From an uncultured delta proteobacterium (lineage in GTDB: Bacteria; Desulfobacterota; Desulfuromonadia; Desulfuromonadales; JACZKF01): 64,000 bases of DNA. The first letter of the stretch is position 1, and each line of letters opens with the position of its first letter. The notes under the pieces are model-generated. The model was not told the DNA's origin, ran no database searches, and saw nothing but the letters and a program-made list of their open reading frames with translations. The stretch covers positions 64,001 to 128,000 of the forward strand of contig CAWFKQ010000016.1 of the NCBI GenBank assembly GCA_963816395.1, in the 5' to 3' direction. Positions 1-9,645 of the stretch are shown piece by piece. The position numbers and the translations under genes are program-made.

Positions 1-557
1 CCTCCGGGGTGCTGGTCGCCACCAAGGACGACGCCACCCACCGGCACCTGGCGCGGCAGTTCAAGGCCCATTCCATCCGCCGGCGCTACCTCGCCCTGGT
101 GCATGGCCTGGTGCCGAGGGAGGAAGGGACGGTGGATTCCCCCATCGGCCGGCATCCGGTGCAGCGCCAGAAGATGAGCGGCGCCGCCCGGGCCGGGCGG
201 CGGGCGGTCACCCACTGGCGGGTGCTGCAGCGCTTCGACCGCGACCGCCTGACGCTGCTGGAGCTGCGCCTGGAGACCGGCCGCACGCATCAGATCCGGG
301 TCCACCTGGCGGAGATGAACCTGCCGGTGGCCGGCGACCCGGTCTACGGCAGCGCCGGCCGCATCAACGCCGTCACCGACCCGCAGCTGCGCGCCCGGCT
401 GCAGCGACTCGGCCGGCAGTTTCTGCACGCCCGACTGCTCGGCTTCATTCATCCCGCCAGCGGCGAGTACCTGGAATTCGAGAGCCCGCTGCCGGGTGAG
501 CTGGCGGAGATCATCACGTATCTGGAAGATAAATACAGGCTAGAGGCTAGCGGCTAG
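1..557 (+). CDS. rluD: RluA-family 23S rRNA pseudouridine synthase (RluD), 5'-truncated by window edge
   Basis: Frame reads (T)SGVLVATK..., LETGRTHQIRVH, GDPVYG, RQFLHARLLGFIHP; upstream of pgeF as in the conserved rluD-yfiH pair. Confidence 0.93.
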   Translation, partial: SGVLVATKDDATHRHLARQFKAHSIRRRYLALVHGLVPREEGTVDSPIGRHPVQRQKMSGAARAGRRAVTHWRVLQRFDRDRLTLLELRLETGRTHQIRVHLAEMNLPVAGDPVYGSAGRINAVTDPQLRARLQRLGRQFLHARLLGFIHPASGEYLEFESPLPGELAEIITYLEDKYRLEASG

Positions 558-604
558 GGGCAAGAGGAAAGACCTCTAGCCTCTAGCCTCCAGCCTCTTG
601 CCTG
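536..604. repeat. Heptamer-based inverted repeat (TAGAGGC-like arm, AAAGA loop, GCCTCTA-like arm)
   Basis: CAGGC TAGAGGC TAGCGGC TAGGGGC AAGAGG aaaga CCTCTA GCCTCTA GCCTCCA GCCTCTT GCCTG; left arm contains the rluD stop codon (555-557). Confidence 0.9.
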
Positions 605-620
605 AAACACGGAGTGTTTC

Positions 621-1415
621 ATGAAACTGGCCCGCCAGGGTAAAATCAACTATCTGCAGCCGGAGTGGGCGGTCGAGGCACCGGTCCATGCCGGTTTCAC
701 CACCCGCAACGGGGGCGTCAGCCGCCCCCCCTACAACTCCCTGAACCTCGGCTTCAATACCGAGGATGCCAAGTACAACGTCGAAGGCAACCGCTCCAAC
801 CTGGCCCGGGCCTTCGGCATCCCGCCGCACCTGCTGCTGACCGTCCGCCAGGTGCATGGCACCGATATCCTGGTGATTGATGAGCCCAACCCCGACCTTT
901 CCCATTTCCTGGGCATAGAATGCGACGCGGTCGTTACCGATCAGCCGGGGATCATGATCGGCATCCTGGTCGCCGACTGTTTCCCCATCCTCCTTTTCGA
1001 CCCGGAAAAGAAGGTGGCGGCCACCGTGCACGTCGGCTGGCGGGGGGCGGCGGCCGGCATTCTCGGCAAGGCGGTGCAGGCGATGACCGGCAATTTCGAC
1101 TGTCGCGCCGCCCTGCTGCAGGCGGCCATCGGGCCGGGGATCGGTGCCCATCGCTACGAAGTCGACCGGCCGGTGCGCGATGCCTTCCGTCAGGGCAGCG
1201 GGCATTGGGAGGAAATCAGCCAGGAGGTGAGTCTCGGCAAATGGCTTCTCGACCTGCGCCGCAGCTGCCAGCTGCAGCTCACCGACGCCGGCCTCGACCC
1301 GGCGCGGGTAATGGCTGCCGAGGAGGATACCTGCTGTCACCGCGAACTCTTCTTCTCCTACCGGCGCGACAACGGCAAGACCGGCAGACAGATGGGCTTC
1401 ATGATGCTCCGCTGA
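621..1415 (+). CDS. pgeF: PgeF/YfiH family purine nucleoside phosphorylase (peptidoglycan editing factor)
   Basis: FTTRNGGVS, SLNLG, QVHG, VADCFPIL, HVGWRG, FFSYRRD..TGRQ motifs. Confidence 0.93.
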   Translation: MKLARQGKINYLQPEWAVEAPVHAGFTTRNGGVSRPPYNSLNLGFNTEDAKYNVEGNRSNLARAFGIPPHLLLTVRQVHGTDILVIDEPNPDLSHFLGIECDAVVTDQPGIMIGILVADCFPILLFDPEKKVAATVHVGWRGAAAGILGKAVQAMTGNFDCRAALLQAAIGPGIGAHRYEVDRPVRDAFRQGSGHWEEISQEVSLGKWLLDLRRSCQLQLTDAGLDPARVMAAEEDTCCHRELFFSYRRDNGKTGRQMGFMMLR

Positions 1416-1442
1416 GCCTGGTGCCGTACCGGCTCTGTGCTG

Positions 1443-1475
1443 AAAAACCGCTTCTTCCGGGGAGCGGTTTTTTTT
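1443..1475 (+). terminator. Rho-independent terminator after pgeF
   Basis: AAAAACCGCTTC-loop-GGAGCGGTTTTTTTT. Confidence 0.85.
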
Positions 1476-1530
1476 ATGCTGCGGGCAAAACTCCTGGTGA
1501 CCGTTGCCTGAACAGGAAAAGAAAATCTTC

Positions 1531-1620
1531 CGGGAAGATAAGATCGGAGCAAATCGGATAAAATCAGGACAGGATCTGGAAATTGCATCTGAGTGCAATC
1601 CGACTTTATTATCTGCGTTC
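1531..1620. repeat. Degenerate ~9-mer repeat (AAATCGGAT-like) with partial inverted arm
   Basis: AGATCGGAG CAAATCGGA TAAAATCAGGA ... ATCCGAC ... ATCTGCG; resembles the 8455-8544 element. Confidence 0.45.
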
Positions 1621-1692
1621 GGAAAAAAGATTTTGGAAGGCAGTGGAGTAAAATGGAACCCAGGAAATATCATTTCATCTGGAGGAGAAATC

Positions 1693-2010
1693 ATGCCTTA
1701 CCTGCCTGCGCCCTACCAGAAATTTGTCAGGAACTATCCGGAGCTTGCCGAATCCTACGAAAAACTGGCGGTCGCCTGCCATGAGGCCGGTCCGCTGGTG
1801 GAGAAGGAGCGGCGGCTGATCAAGCTGGGAATCGCCATCGGCCAGCAGTCGGAAGGCGCGGTCAAGTCCCATGCCCGCCGGGCACTGGAGAGCGGGGCGG
1901 CTGTCGAGGAGGTGCGGCATATCGTATTGCTGTCGCTGACCACCATCGGTTTTCCCGCCATGATCGCCGCCAGCGGCTGGGTGGAGGAAGTCATCGAGGC
2001 GCGCCGGTAA
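1693..2010 (+). CDS. Carboxymuconolactone decarboxylase (CMD/AhpD-like) family protein lacking CxxC
   Basis: RBS GGAGGAG before ATG 1693; AGPL..KERRLIKLGIAIG...GAVKSHARRALE.G...EEVRH...TTIGFP. Confidence 0.85.
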   Translation: MPYLPAPYQKFVRNYPELAESYEKLAVACHEAGPLVEKERRLIKLGIAIGQQSEGAVKSHARRALESGAAVEEVRHIVLLSLTTIGFPAMIAASGWVEEVIEARR

Positions 2011-2114
2011 ACGCTCGCGCGCAACTACTCCTTCCCCATTTGTGCCGGGGAGGATTGCCAAAGCGCCGCAGGCTGGTACATTTCGGGGTGAATTTCCATT
2101 TCCCAGGGGGCGCT

Positions 2115-2645
2115 ATGCACCGGCTGACCGCGTTGCTCATTGGCGGATTATTGGCGGCTATGACCATCGGCCCCCCGGCGGCCTGCGGGGCAGACGCACC
2201 GCTGGGCGGTCCGGTCGAGGTTCTCGGCGACAGCGCCGATCTGCTCAGTATCGGTCTGGGGGGATTCAATATCGACAACGGCCGCTCTTCACCGGCCGGC
2301 CGGCTTGAATGGCGCTTCGGCCGGAAACTGTTCTTTGTCGGTCCGGCGCTCGGCGTACTGGCCAATCTCGATGGCGGTGTTTTCGGTTATGGCGGCCTCT
2401 ATGCCGACGTCCTCTTCTTCCGGCGGCTGGTCTTCACCCCCCTGCTCGCCGCGGGCGGCTATCACGAGGGGGGAAGTAAGGACCTCGGGGGGACCTTCCA
2501 GTTCCGCTCCGCCCTGGAGCTGGCCTGGCGCCGCGATGACGGCATCCGCGTCGGCGTGCAGTACGCCCATATCTCGAACGCGAACATTTACGACCGCAAC
2601 CCCGGCGAGGAAGATTTATTCCTCACTTTTGCCTTCCCTTTCTAA
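2115..2645 (+). CDS. Lipid A 3-O-deacylase (PagL)/acyloxyacyl hydrolase family outer-membrane beta-barrel
   Basis: Signal peptide; LGGTFQFRS and catalytic HISNA..NPG motif; C-terminal Phe. Confidence 0.85.
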   Translation: MHRLTALLIGGLLAAMTIGPPAACGADAPLGGPVEVLGDSADLLSIGLGGFNIDNGRSSPAGRLEWRFGRKLFFVGPALGVLANLDGGVFGYGGLYADVLFFRRLVFTPLLAAGGYHEGGSKDLGGTFQFRSALELAWRRDDGIRVGVQYAHISNANIYDRNPGEEDLFLTFAFPF

Positions 2646-2842
2646 GTCCGACAGGCTGAGAAAAATCGATCGCCTGCGGCTTTGCCCCGGCACTGCGGCG
2701 TCCTTGCGCAGCGCCGGGCCGCTGCCGCAAAGAACAGTGTTATTCCCCCCGTCGGTTATGTTAAAATCCCCTCTTGCAGCCCAGACCCGAATGCCGCTGT
2801 AAGCTCGGCAAATATAGGGACTTTCACGAAGAGGAACCCGGA

Positions 2843-3988
2843 ATGAATGGCGCCGCTGTGAGAAGAATCCTGAGCCTCGCTGCCCTGGGCGGAATCCTGC
2901 TGGCCGCCTGCTCGCAGCAGGAAACCAAAGGACCGGCGGTCAGCCCGCCGGTGCCGGTGGTGGTGGCTACCGCCACCAGCAAAACGGTGCCGGTGCAGCT
3001 GCAGGCCGTTGGCAACGTCAAGCCCCGGGCGACGGTGGCGGTCAAGTCGCGCGTGGGCGGCGAGCTGGCGCGGGTGCATTTCCGGGAAGGGCAGGAGGTG
3101 AAGGCGGGCGATGTCCTCTTCACCATCGATCCGCGTCCCTTCCGGGCCGACCTGGAGCAGGCCGAGGCGGTGCTCGCCAGGGATCTCGCCCTGCAGGACA
3201 ATGCCCGGAAAGATGCCGGCCGCTATGAGGATCTGTTCAAGCAGGGGTTCGTCTCCCGGCAGGAATACGACAAGGTGCGGACCAGTTTCGCTTCCCTCGA
3301 GGGGGTGGTGCGGGCCGACCGGGCGGCGGTGGAAAATGCCGGCCTGCAGCTGGAGTACTGCACCATCCGCTCCCCCCTCACCGGCCGCATCGGCACCCTG
3401 CTGGTCGATCAGGGAAACCTGGTCAAGGCCAATGACGACAATCCGCTGGTGATCATCAATCAGTTGGAGCCGATCGATGTGGTCTTCTCTCTGCCCGAAC
3501 AGCACCTGCCGCAGGTCAAGAAAGCGCTGGCGGCCGGTCCACTGCCGCTAACGGCGGTCAGTCCTTCGGCGGCCGGGCCGCCGGAGCAGGGGAAAGTGAC
3601 CTTCCTGGACAACGCCGTGGACAGCAGCACCGGCACCATCATGCTCAAGGGGAGCTTCGCCAATGCCGACCGGCAGCTCTGGCCCGGGGAATTCGTCAAT
3701 GTCGTGCTGACCCTGGCGCAACTGCCGCAGGCGACGGTGGTCCCCACCCAGGCGGTCCAGACCGGGCAGCAGGGGACCTATGTCTTCGTCGTCAATGGCA
3801 GCGGCAGCGCCGAGGTGCGACCGGTCACCGCCGGCATTGTTTACGGTGATCTGACGGTCATCACCCGGGGGGTCGCGCCCGGGGAAACGGTGGTCACCGA
3901 AGGGCAGCAGCGGCTCTACCCCGACGCCAAGGTGGCGGTCAAGGACGCCGCCGTACCCTCTGCCATCGCCGAAGGCCCGCGCTCATGA
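2843..3988 (+). CDS. RND efflux periplasmic adaptor (MdtA-like lipoprotein)
   Basis: Lipobox LLAAC; VKSRVGG, IDPRPF, IRSPLTGRIG, DNAVDSSTGTI, LWPGEFV. Confidence 0.92.
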   Translation: MNGAAVRRILSLAALGGILLAACSQQETKGPAVSPPVPVVVATATSKTVPVQLQAVGNVKPRATVAVKSRVGGELARVHFREGQEVKAGDVLFTIDPRPFRADLEQAEAVLARDLALQDNARKDAGRYEDLFKQGFVSRQEYDKVRTSFASLEGVVRADRAAVENAGLQLEYCTIRSPLTGRIGTLLVDQGNLVKANDDNPLVIINQLEPIDVVFSLPEQHLPQVKKALAAGPLPLTAVSPSAAGPPEQGKVTFLDNAVDSSTGTIMLKGSFANADRQLWPGEFVNVVLTLAQLPQATVVPTQAVQTGQQGTYVFVVNGSGSAEVRPVTAGIVYGDLTVITRGVAPGETVVTEGQQRLYPDAKVAVKDAAVPSAIAEGPRS

Positions 3989-6900
3989 ACATCTCCGAGC
4001 TCTTCATCCGGCGGCCGGTGATGACCAGCCTGGTGATGCTGGCGATCATCGTGTTCGGCGTCTTCGCCTACCGCTTTTTGCCGGTCAACGACCTGCCTAA
4101 CGTCGATTTTCCCACCATTCAGGTGAGCGCCAGGCTCCCGGGCGCCAACCCCGATACCATGGCCTCGGCGGTCGCCACACCCCTCGAGCGCCAGTTTTCC
4201 ACCATTGCCGGCATCGACTCGATGACCTCCACCAGCGGCAGCGGGATCACCAACATCACCCTGCAGTTCGCCCTCGACCGCAACATCGATGCCGCTGCCC
4301 AGGATGTGCAGTCGGCCATCGCCAACGCCGCTCGCAAGCTCCCGCCGGACATGCCGACGCCGCCGTCTTTCCGCAAGGTCAATCCCGCGGACATGCCGAT
4401 CCTTTATCTGGCGATCTCCTCGGCGACCCTGCCGCTGTCGACCGTCAACGAGTACGCCGACACCTTCATGGCGCAGCGCATCTCGATGATCAGCGGGGTC
4501 GCCCAGGTGTCGATCTACGGCGAGCAGAAGTACGCCGTGCGCGCCCAGCTCGACCCCAACCTGCTGGCCAGTCGCGGCATCGGCATCGACGAGGTGCAGC
4601 AGGCGATCGAAAGCGCCAACGTCAACCTCCCCACCGGCACCCTGTACGGGGAGAAACAGGCTTTTGCCGTGCAGACGCAGGGCCAGCTCTTCGATGCCGC
4701 CGCCTACCGGCCGCTGGTCGTCGCCTACCGCAACGGCGCGCCGGTCCGGCTTGGCCAGCTCGGACGGGTGATCGACGGCGTCGAGGACGACAAGCAGGCC
4801 GGCTGGTTCGACGACCAGCGGGCGATGATTCTCGCCATCCAGCGCCAGCCGGGGACCAACACCATCGAGGTGGTCGACAGCATCAAGCGCCTGCTGCCGG
4901 TCTTCCGCAAAGAGCTGCCGGCGGCTATCCAGCTGCGCACCCTCTATGACCGCTCGGTGTCGATCCGCGCCTCGGTCCATGACGTCAAGTTCACCCTTCT
5001 GCTCACCATCTGCCTGGTGGTGATGGTGATCTTCCTCTTCCTGCGCAATCTCTCGGCCACCCTCATCCCGAGCCTGGCCTTGCCGCTGTCGATCATCGGC
5101 ACCTTTGCCGCCATGGCCCTGCTCGGCTTCAGCATCAACAACATCTCGCTGATGGCCCTGACCCTCTCGGTCGGCTTCGTGGTCGACGATGCCATCGTCA
5201 TGCTGGAGAATATCGTGCGCCACATGGAGCACGGCGAAGGGGTGATGGAGGCGGCGCGCAACGGGTCGAAGGAGATCGGCTTCACCATCCTGTCGATGAC
5301 CTGCTCCCTGGTGGCGGTCTTTGTGCCGGTTCTGTTCATGGGGGGGGTGCTGGGGCGCATCCTGCACGAGTTCGCCGTCACCATCTCCGTGGCGATTCTG
5401 ATTTCCGGTTTAATCTCCCTGTCGCTGACCCCGATGCTCTGCAGCCGCTTCCTGCGCCCCGTCAATCCGGCCGGGCACGGCCGCCTCTACCAGTTCTTCG
5501 AGCGCTTCTTCGCCGCCTGGCTCGGGCTCTACGACCGCTCGCTGCAGCGGGTGCTGCGTCACCGCCGGGCGACGCTGGCGGTGACGCTGGGCCTGGTCGC
5601 GGTCACCGTCTATCTCTTTACCGTCATCCCCTGGGGGTTTCTGCCGAGCGAGGACACCGGTTCCATCTATGCCTTCACCGAGGCGGCGCAGGGAATCTCC
5701 TATGACGACATGCTGGCGCACCAGCAGGCGGTGGCGGCGGTGATCGCCAGGGACCCCAACGTCGACCACTTCCTCTCCCGGGTGGGCAACAGCGGTTCGC
5801 GGGTCGGCGGCAACAGCGGCTTCTTCTTCATCAGCCTGAAGGACCGGCGGGAGCGGCATCTGGATGCCGACGGCGTCATCCAGGAGCTGCGCAAGAAGAC
5901 CGCCCAGGTCCCCGGGATCAGTACCTACTTTCAGAACCCGCCGCCGATCCGCATCGGCGGCCATCTGACCAAGGCCCAGTACCAGTTCACGCTGCAGAGC
6001 CCCAATCTGGGCGAACTCTATCAGCTGCTGCCCGGTTTCGAGGCGAAGCTCAGCCAGATGCCCAACCTGCAGGACGTGACCAGCGACCTGCAGATCAAGA
6101 ACCCGCAGGTGGAGGTGGCGATCGACCGCGATCAGGCCGCGGCGCTGGGGGTCAGCGTCATGCAGATCGAGGATGCCCTCTATTCCGCCTACGGCGCCCG
6201 CCAGGTTTCCAGTATCTTCGCCCCGAACGATCAGTATCAGGTCATCCTCGAACTGGAGCCCCGCTATCAGAAGGACCCCTCGGCCCTCGAGCGGCTCTAT
6301 ATTCGCTCCAGCCACGGCCGGCTCGTTCCCCTGAGCGCCGTCACCCAGCATTTCCAGCGATCTCGGACCGGTATCGATCAACCACCAGGGGCAGCTGCCG
6401 GCGGTGACCCTCTCCTTCAACCTGGCGCCGGGCGTTGCCCTGGGCAACGTGGTGCCGGCCATCGAGAAACTGGCCCGCCAGAACCTGCCGGCGACGGTCA
6501 GCTACGGCTTCGCCGGCACCGCCCAGGTTTTCCAGTCCTCCACCCGGGGGCTGACGGTGCTGCTGATCCTGGCCATTTTTGTCATCTATATCGTCCTGGG
6601 AATCCTCTATGAGAGTTTCATCCACCCCCTGACGATTCTCTCCGGACTGCCGGCGGCCGGTCTCGGGGCGCTGCTGACCCTGCTGATCTTCCACAAGGAC
6701 CTCGATGTCTACGCTTTCGTCGGGGTGATCATGCTGGTGGGGATTGTGAAGAAGAACGCCATCATGATGATCGACTTCGCCCTGGAGGCCGAGCGCCGGG
6801 AGGGGAAGAGCCCGCTGGAGGCGATCTATCAGGGCTGCCTGGTCCGTTTCCGGCCGATCATGATGACGACCATGGCCGCCCTGATGGGCGTGCTCCCCAT

Positions 6901-7288
6901 CGCCCTCGGCTTCGGCGCCGGCTCCGAGTCGCGCCGCCCGCTGGGGCTGGCGGTGGTCGGCGGCCTGCTGGTCTCGCAGCTGCTCACCCTCTACATCACC
7001 CCCGTCATCTATTACTACATGGACCGCCTGCAGGCGAAAGCCAGGGGATTCCGTTTCCGGCGGCAGGTCGAGGAGATTGAGGCCGTGCCGGCAGCGGGCG
7101 GAGTCCCGCGGGTGAACGGCCGGCGACGCCCGTTTCCGGCGAGCGCCGGCGAGTGGACAGGGGAGGATTTTGCTGCTATAAACTCAGAATCCGAGAGCCG
7201 CCGGACGTCGTCAGGACGGTCGGCGGTTTTTCGTTCCGGTTTTGCCGGCACCCGGCTACCTGAATTCATGGAGGAGACAAGAGAATGA
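3985..7288 (+). CDS. RND efflux permease (MdtB/MdtC-like), split by +1 frameshift near 6345; true stop probably near 7115 rather than 7288
   Basis: [49 protein letters not shown]; removing one C from ACCCAGC gives [24 protein letters not shown]. The last ~60 codons run through a promoter and terminator. Confidence 0.88.
7154..7182 (+). promoter_or_regulatory. Sigma70 promoter with extended -10
   Basis: TGGACA (7154-7159), 17 nt spacer, TGc-TATAAA (7174-7182). Confidence 0.6.
7197..7231 (+). terminator. Terminator-like hairpin in the 5' leader of the flavoprotein operon (possible attenuator)
   Basis: GCCGCCGGACGTC-GTCAG-GACGGTCGGCGGT followed by TTTT, 15 nt after the -10 box. Confidence 0.7.
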
Positions 7289-7860
7289 AAGTCGTGGCAT
7301 TCAGCGGCAGCGCGCGCAAGGACGGCAACACCGCCATCCTGGTGCGGGAGGTCTTCGCCGCTCTGGAAAAGGAAGGGATCGCAACCGAACTGGTGCAGCT
7401 GGCCGGCGAGCGGCTGCGGGGGTGCATTGCCTGCTACCGCTGCTGGGAGACCAAGGACGGCACCTGCGCGGTGAAGGATGACTGCATCAACGACTGCATC
7501 CGCAAGATGACCGAGGCCGACGGCATCATCCTCGCTTCCCCCACCTATTTCGCCGACATCACCACCGAGATCAAGGCGCTGGTGGATCGGGCGGGGATGA
7601 CGACGCGGGCCGGCGGCGACCTGCTGCGGCGCAAGGTAGGGGCCGCCGTCATCGCCGTGCGGCGAGCCGGCGCGATCCATGGTTTCGACTCTCTGAACCA
7701 TTTCTTTCTCATCAACCAGATGATCGTTCCCGGTTCCAGCTACTGGAACGTGGGAGTCGGCCGGGAGGCCGGCGAGGTGGCGAACGATGCGGAGGGGCTG
7801 CAGACGATGCGCACCCTCGGCGAGAACATGGCCTGGCTGCTGAAGAAAATCCACACCTGA
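7285..7860 (+). CDS. Iron-sulfur flavoprotein (multimeric flavodoxin/ISF family)
   Basis: [14 protein letters not shown] loop; compact Cys motif CIACYRC.....[14 protein letters not shown]. Confidence 0.9.
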   Translation: MKVVAFSGSARKDGNTAILVREVFAALEKEGIATELVQLAGERLRGCIACYRCWETKDGTCAVKDDCINDCIRKMTEADGIILASPTYFADITTEIKALVDRAGMTTRAGGDLLRRKVGAAVIAVRRAGAIHGFDSLNHFFLINQMIVPGSSYWNVGVGREAGEVANDAEGLQTMRTLGENMAWLLKKIHT

Positions 7861-7874
7861 ACGGGGAGGTGAAG

Positions 7875-8387
7875 ATGGAGGTTGCCACGGCCATTGCCGG
7901 CCGCAGAAGCATACGTTCCTACCGGTCGACGCCGGTGGAAGAGGAGAAGCTGAACCGCATCCTGGAGGCGGCGCGGCTTTCTCCTTCCGCCGGCAACCGC
8001 CAGGAGTGGAAGTTCATCGTCGTCCGGGAGCCGAAGACCCGCAGCCGCCTGGCCCGGGCCGCCTGCGACCAGAAGTTCGTCGCCGAGGCCCCGGTGGTGC
8101 TGGTCGCCTGCGCCACGGAATCGTCCAAGATAATGACCTGCGGCCAGCCGGCGTATACGGTCGATCTCTCCATCGCCTTCTCCTATATGATCCTGCAGGC
8201 CTGGGAACTCGGCCTGGGGACCTGCTGGCTGGCGGCCTTCCGGGAGGAGGAAGTGAAGAGCATCCTGGGGATTCCCGAAGCGGTGCGGGTGGTGGCGATG
8301 ACGCCGCTGGGGTATCCGGAGCGGCCGGTGCCGCCGCGGCCGCGCAAGCGGCTGGAGGAGATCGTCAGCTTCGAGCGCTACAGCTGA
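7875..8387 (+). CDS. Nitroreductase family protein
   Basis: [41 protein letters not shown]. Confidence 0.92.
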   Translation: MEVATAIAGRRSIRSYRSTPVEEEKLNRILEAARLSPSAGNRQEWKFIVVREPKTRSRLARAACDQKFVAEAPVVLVACATESSKIMTCGQPAYTVDLSIAFSYMILQAWELGLGTCWLAAFREEEVKSILGIPEAVRVVAMTPLGYPERPVPPRPRKRLEEIVSFERYS

Positions 8388-8454
8388 CGCAATCCGTTCC
8401 ACAGGGAAATTGGGCTCACCCGAAGACAAAACGCATGGTTTGGGTTAGAAACCT

Positions 8455-8544
8455 GAACACGGATCAAATCTGATGCACACGGATAAAAATCTGATCTGAA
8501 AAATCAGATTCTTATCAGAGCCTTTTCCGCGTAAATCCGCGTTC
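8455..8544. repeat. ACACGGAT-type direct/inverted repeat element
   Basis: ACACGGATCAAATCTGAT and ACACGGATAAAAATCTGAT in tandem, then inverted ATCAGA...TCCGCGT..ATCCGCGTTC. Confidence 0.75.
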
Positions 8545-8656
8545 CATGCCATTTTCTTTGATTTCTTTTCTCTGCGCCTTTTTGTTTTTTGTGTGCTGCG
8601 GTATCTGGAATGAGTGGTTTCAGGTAATTGCTGCGAAAATTTTTGCGGAGAAGACC

Positions 8657-9538
8657 ATGGACAGAAGAACCTTTGTGCGCTGGCTCGGTCTGCTGCCTCT
8701 GTGCCTGCAGGGGCTGGTGCGTAATCTGTTCGCTGCCGAGGGACCGCTGGTGGCGGTGGCCGAGGGGAGCGACCATGCCGCCGTCGCCCGCCGTGCCCTG
8801 GCCGCCCTGGGCGGCATGGGACATTTCGTCAAGCCGGGGAACACGGTGGTGGTGAAGCCGAACATCGGCTGGGACCGTTCGGCCGAGCTGGCCGCCAATA
8901 CCAACCCGGTGGTGGTCCGGGCGGTGGTGGAGGAATGCCTGAAGGCCGGGGCGAAGAAGGTCAAGGTCTTCGACCGCTCCTGCAACGACGCCCGGCGCTG
9001 CTACGTGAACAGCGGCATCGAGGCGGCGCTGCGGGGGATGCGCGACGTGGACGTGAAGCACATCGAGGAGGAGCGCTTCCGCAAGGTGGCCCTGAACGGC
9101 AAGGCGCTCAGGGAATGGGAGCTGTACGGCGAGGCGCTCGCCGCCGATGTCTTCATCAACCTGCCGGTGGCCAAGCACCACGGCCTGTCGCGCCTGACCC
9201 TGGGGATGAAGAACATCATGGGGATCATGGGGGGAAACCGCGGCGCCATCCACCGGCACCTCGACCAGGCGCTGGCCGATGTCAACGCCGCCTTCAAGAC
9301 CCACCTGACGGTGATCGACGCCACCCGCATCCTCACCGACCACGGGCCCCAGGGGGGCGATCCGGCGGACGTGCAGGTGCGCAACACGGTGATCGCCTCC
9401 ACCGACATCGTGGCGGCCGACGCCTACGCCACCACCCTCTTCGGCCTCCAGCCCGCCGATATCGCCGTGACCGTCGCCGCCTACCGGCGCGGTCTCGGGG
9501 AAATGGACCTGCAGCGGATGCAGATCGTGAAAACGTAA
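8657..9538 (+). CDS. DUF362 domain protein with twin-arginine signal
   Basis: MDRRTFVRWLG Tat motif; VVVKPNIGW, ANTNP, INLPVAKHHG..LTLGMKN, DIVAADAY. Confidence 0.85.
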   Translation: MDRRTFVRWLGLLPLCLQGLVRNLFAAEGPLVAVAEGSDHAAVARRALAALGGMGHFVKPGNTVVVKPNIGWDRSAELAANTNPVVVRAVVEECLKAGAKKVKVFDRSCNDARRCYVNSGIEAALRGMRDVDVKHIEEERFRKVALNGKALREWELYGEALAADVFINLPVAKHHGLSRLTLGMKNIMGIMGGNRGAIHRHLDQALADVNAAFKTHLTVIDATRILTDHGPQGGDPADVQVRNTVIASTDIVAADAYATTLFGLQPADIAVTVAAYRRGLGEMDLQRMQIVKT

Positions 9539-9636
9539 GAAGCGAGATAGTCAGAAGCGAGATAGCGAGGTAGTCGGTTCAAAGGCAGTGATGAAAGACC
9601 TTACTATCTCGCTATCTCACTAGCTCACTGCCTGAC
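9539..9636. repeat. Octamer-based inverted repeat (GCGAGATA / TATCTCGC)
   Basis: AGCGAGATAG..AGCGAGATAGCGAGGTAG ... CTATCTCGCTATCTCACTAGCTCACTGCCTGAC. Confidence 0.8.
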
Positions 9637-9645
9637 TGGATTTCC

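Noticed and set aside
6340..6350. Programmed ribosomal frameshifting in split genes
   Set aside because: No slippery heptamers or stimulatory structures; many unrelated genes affected, consistent with read errors.
7116..7288. Long C-terminal extension of the RND permease
   Set aside because: Crosses a promoter and terminator and has no protein-like features; probably a missed stop from another indel.
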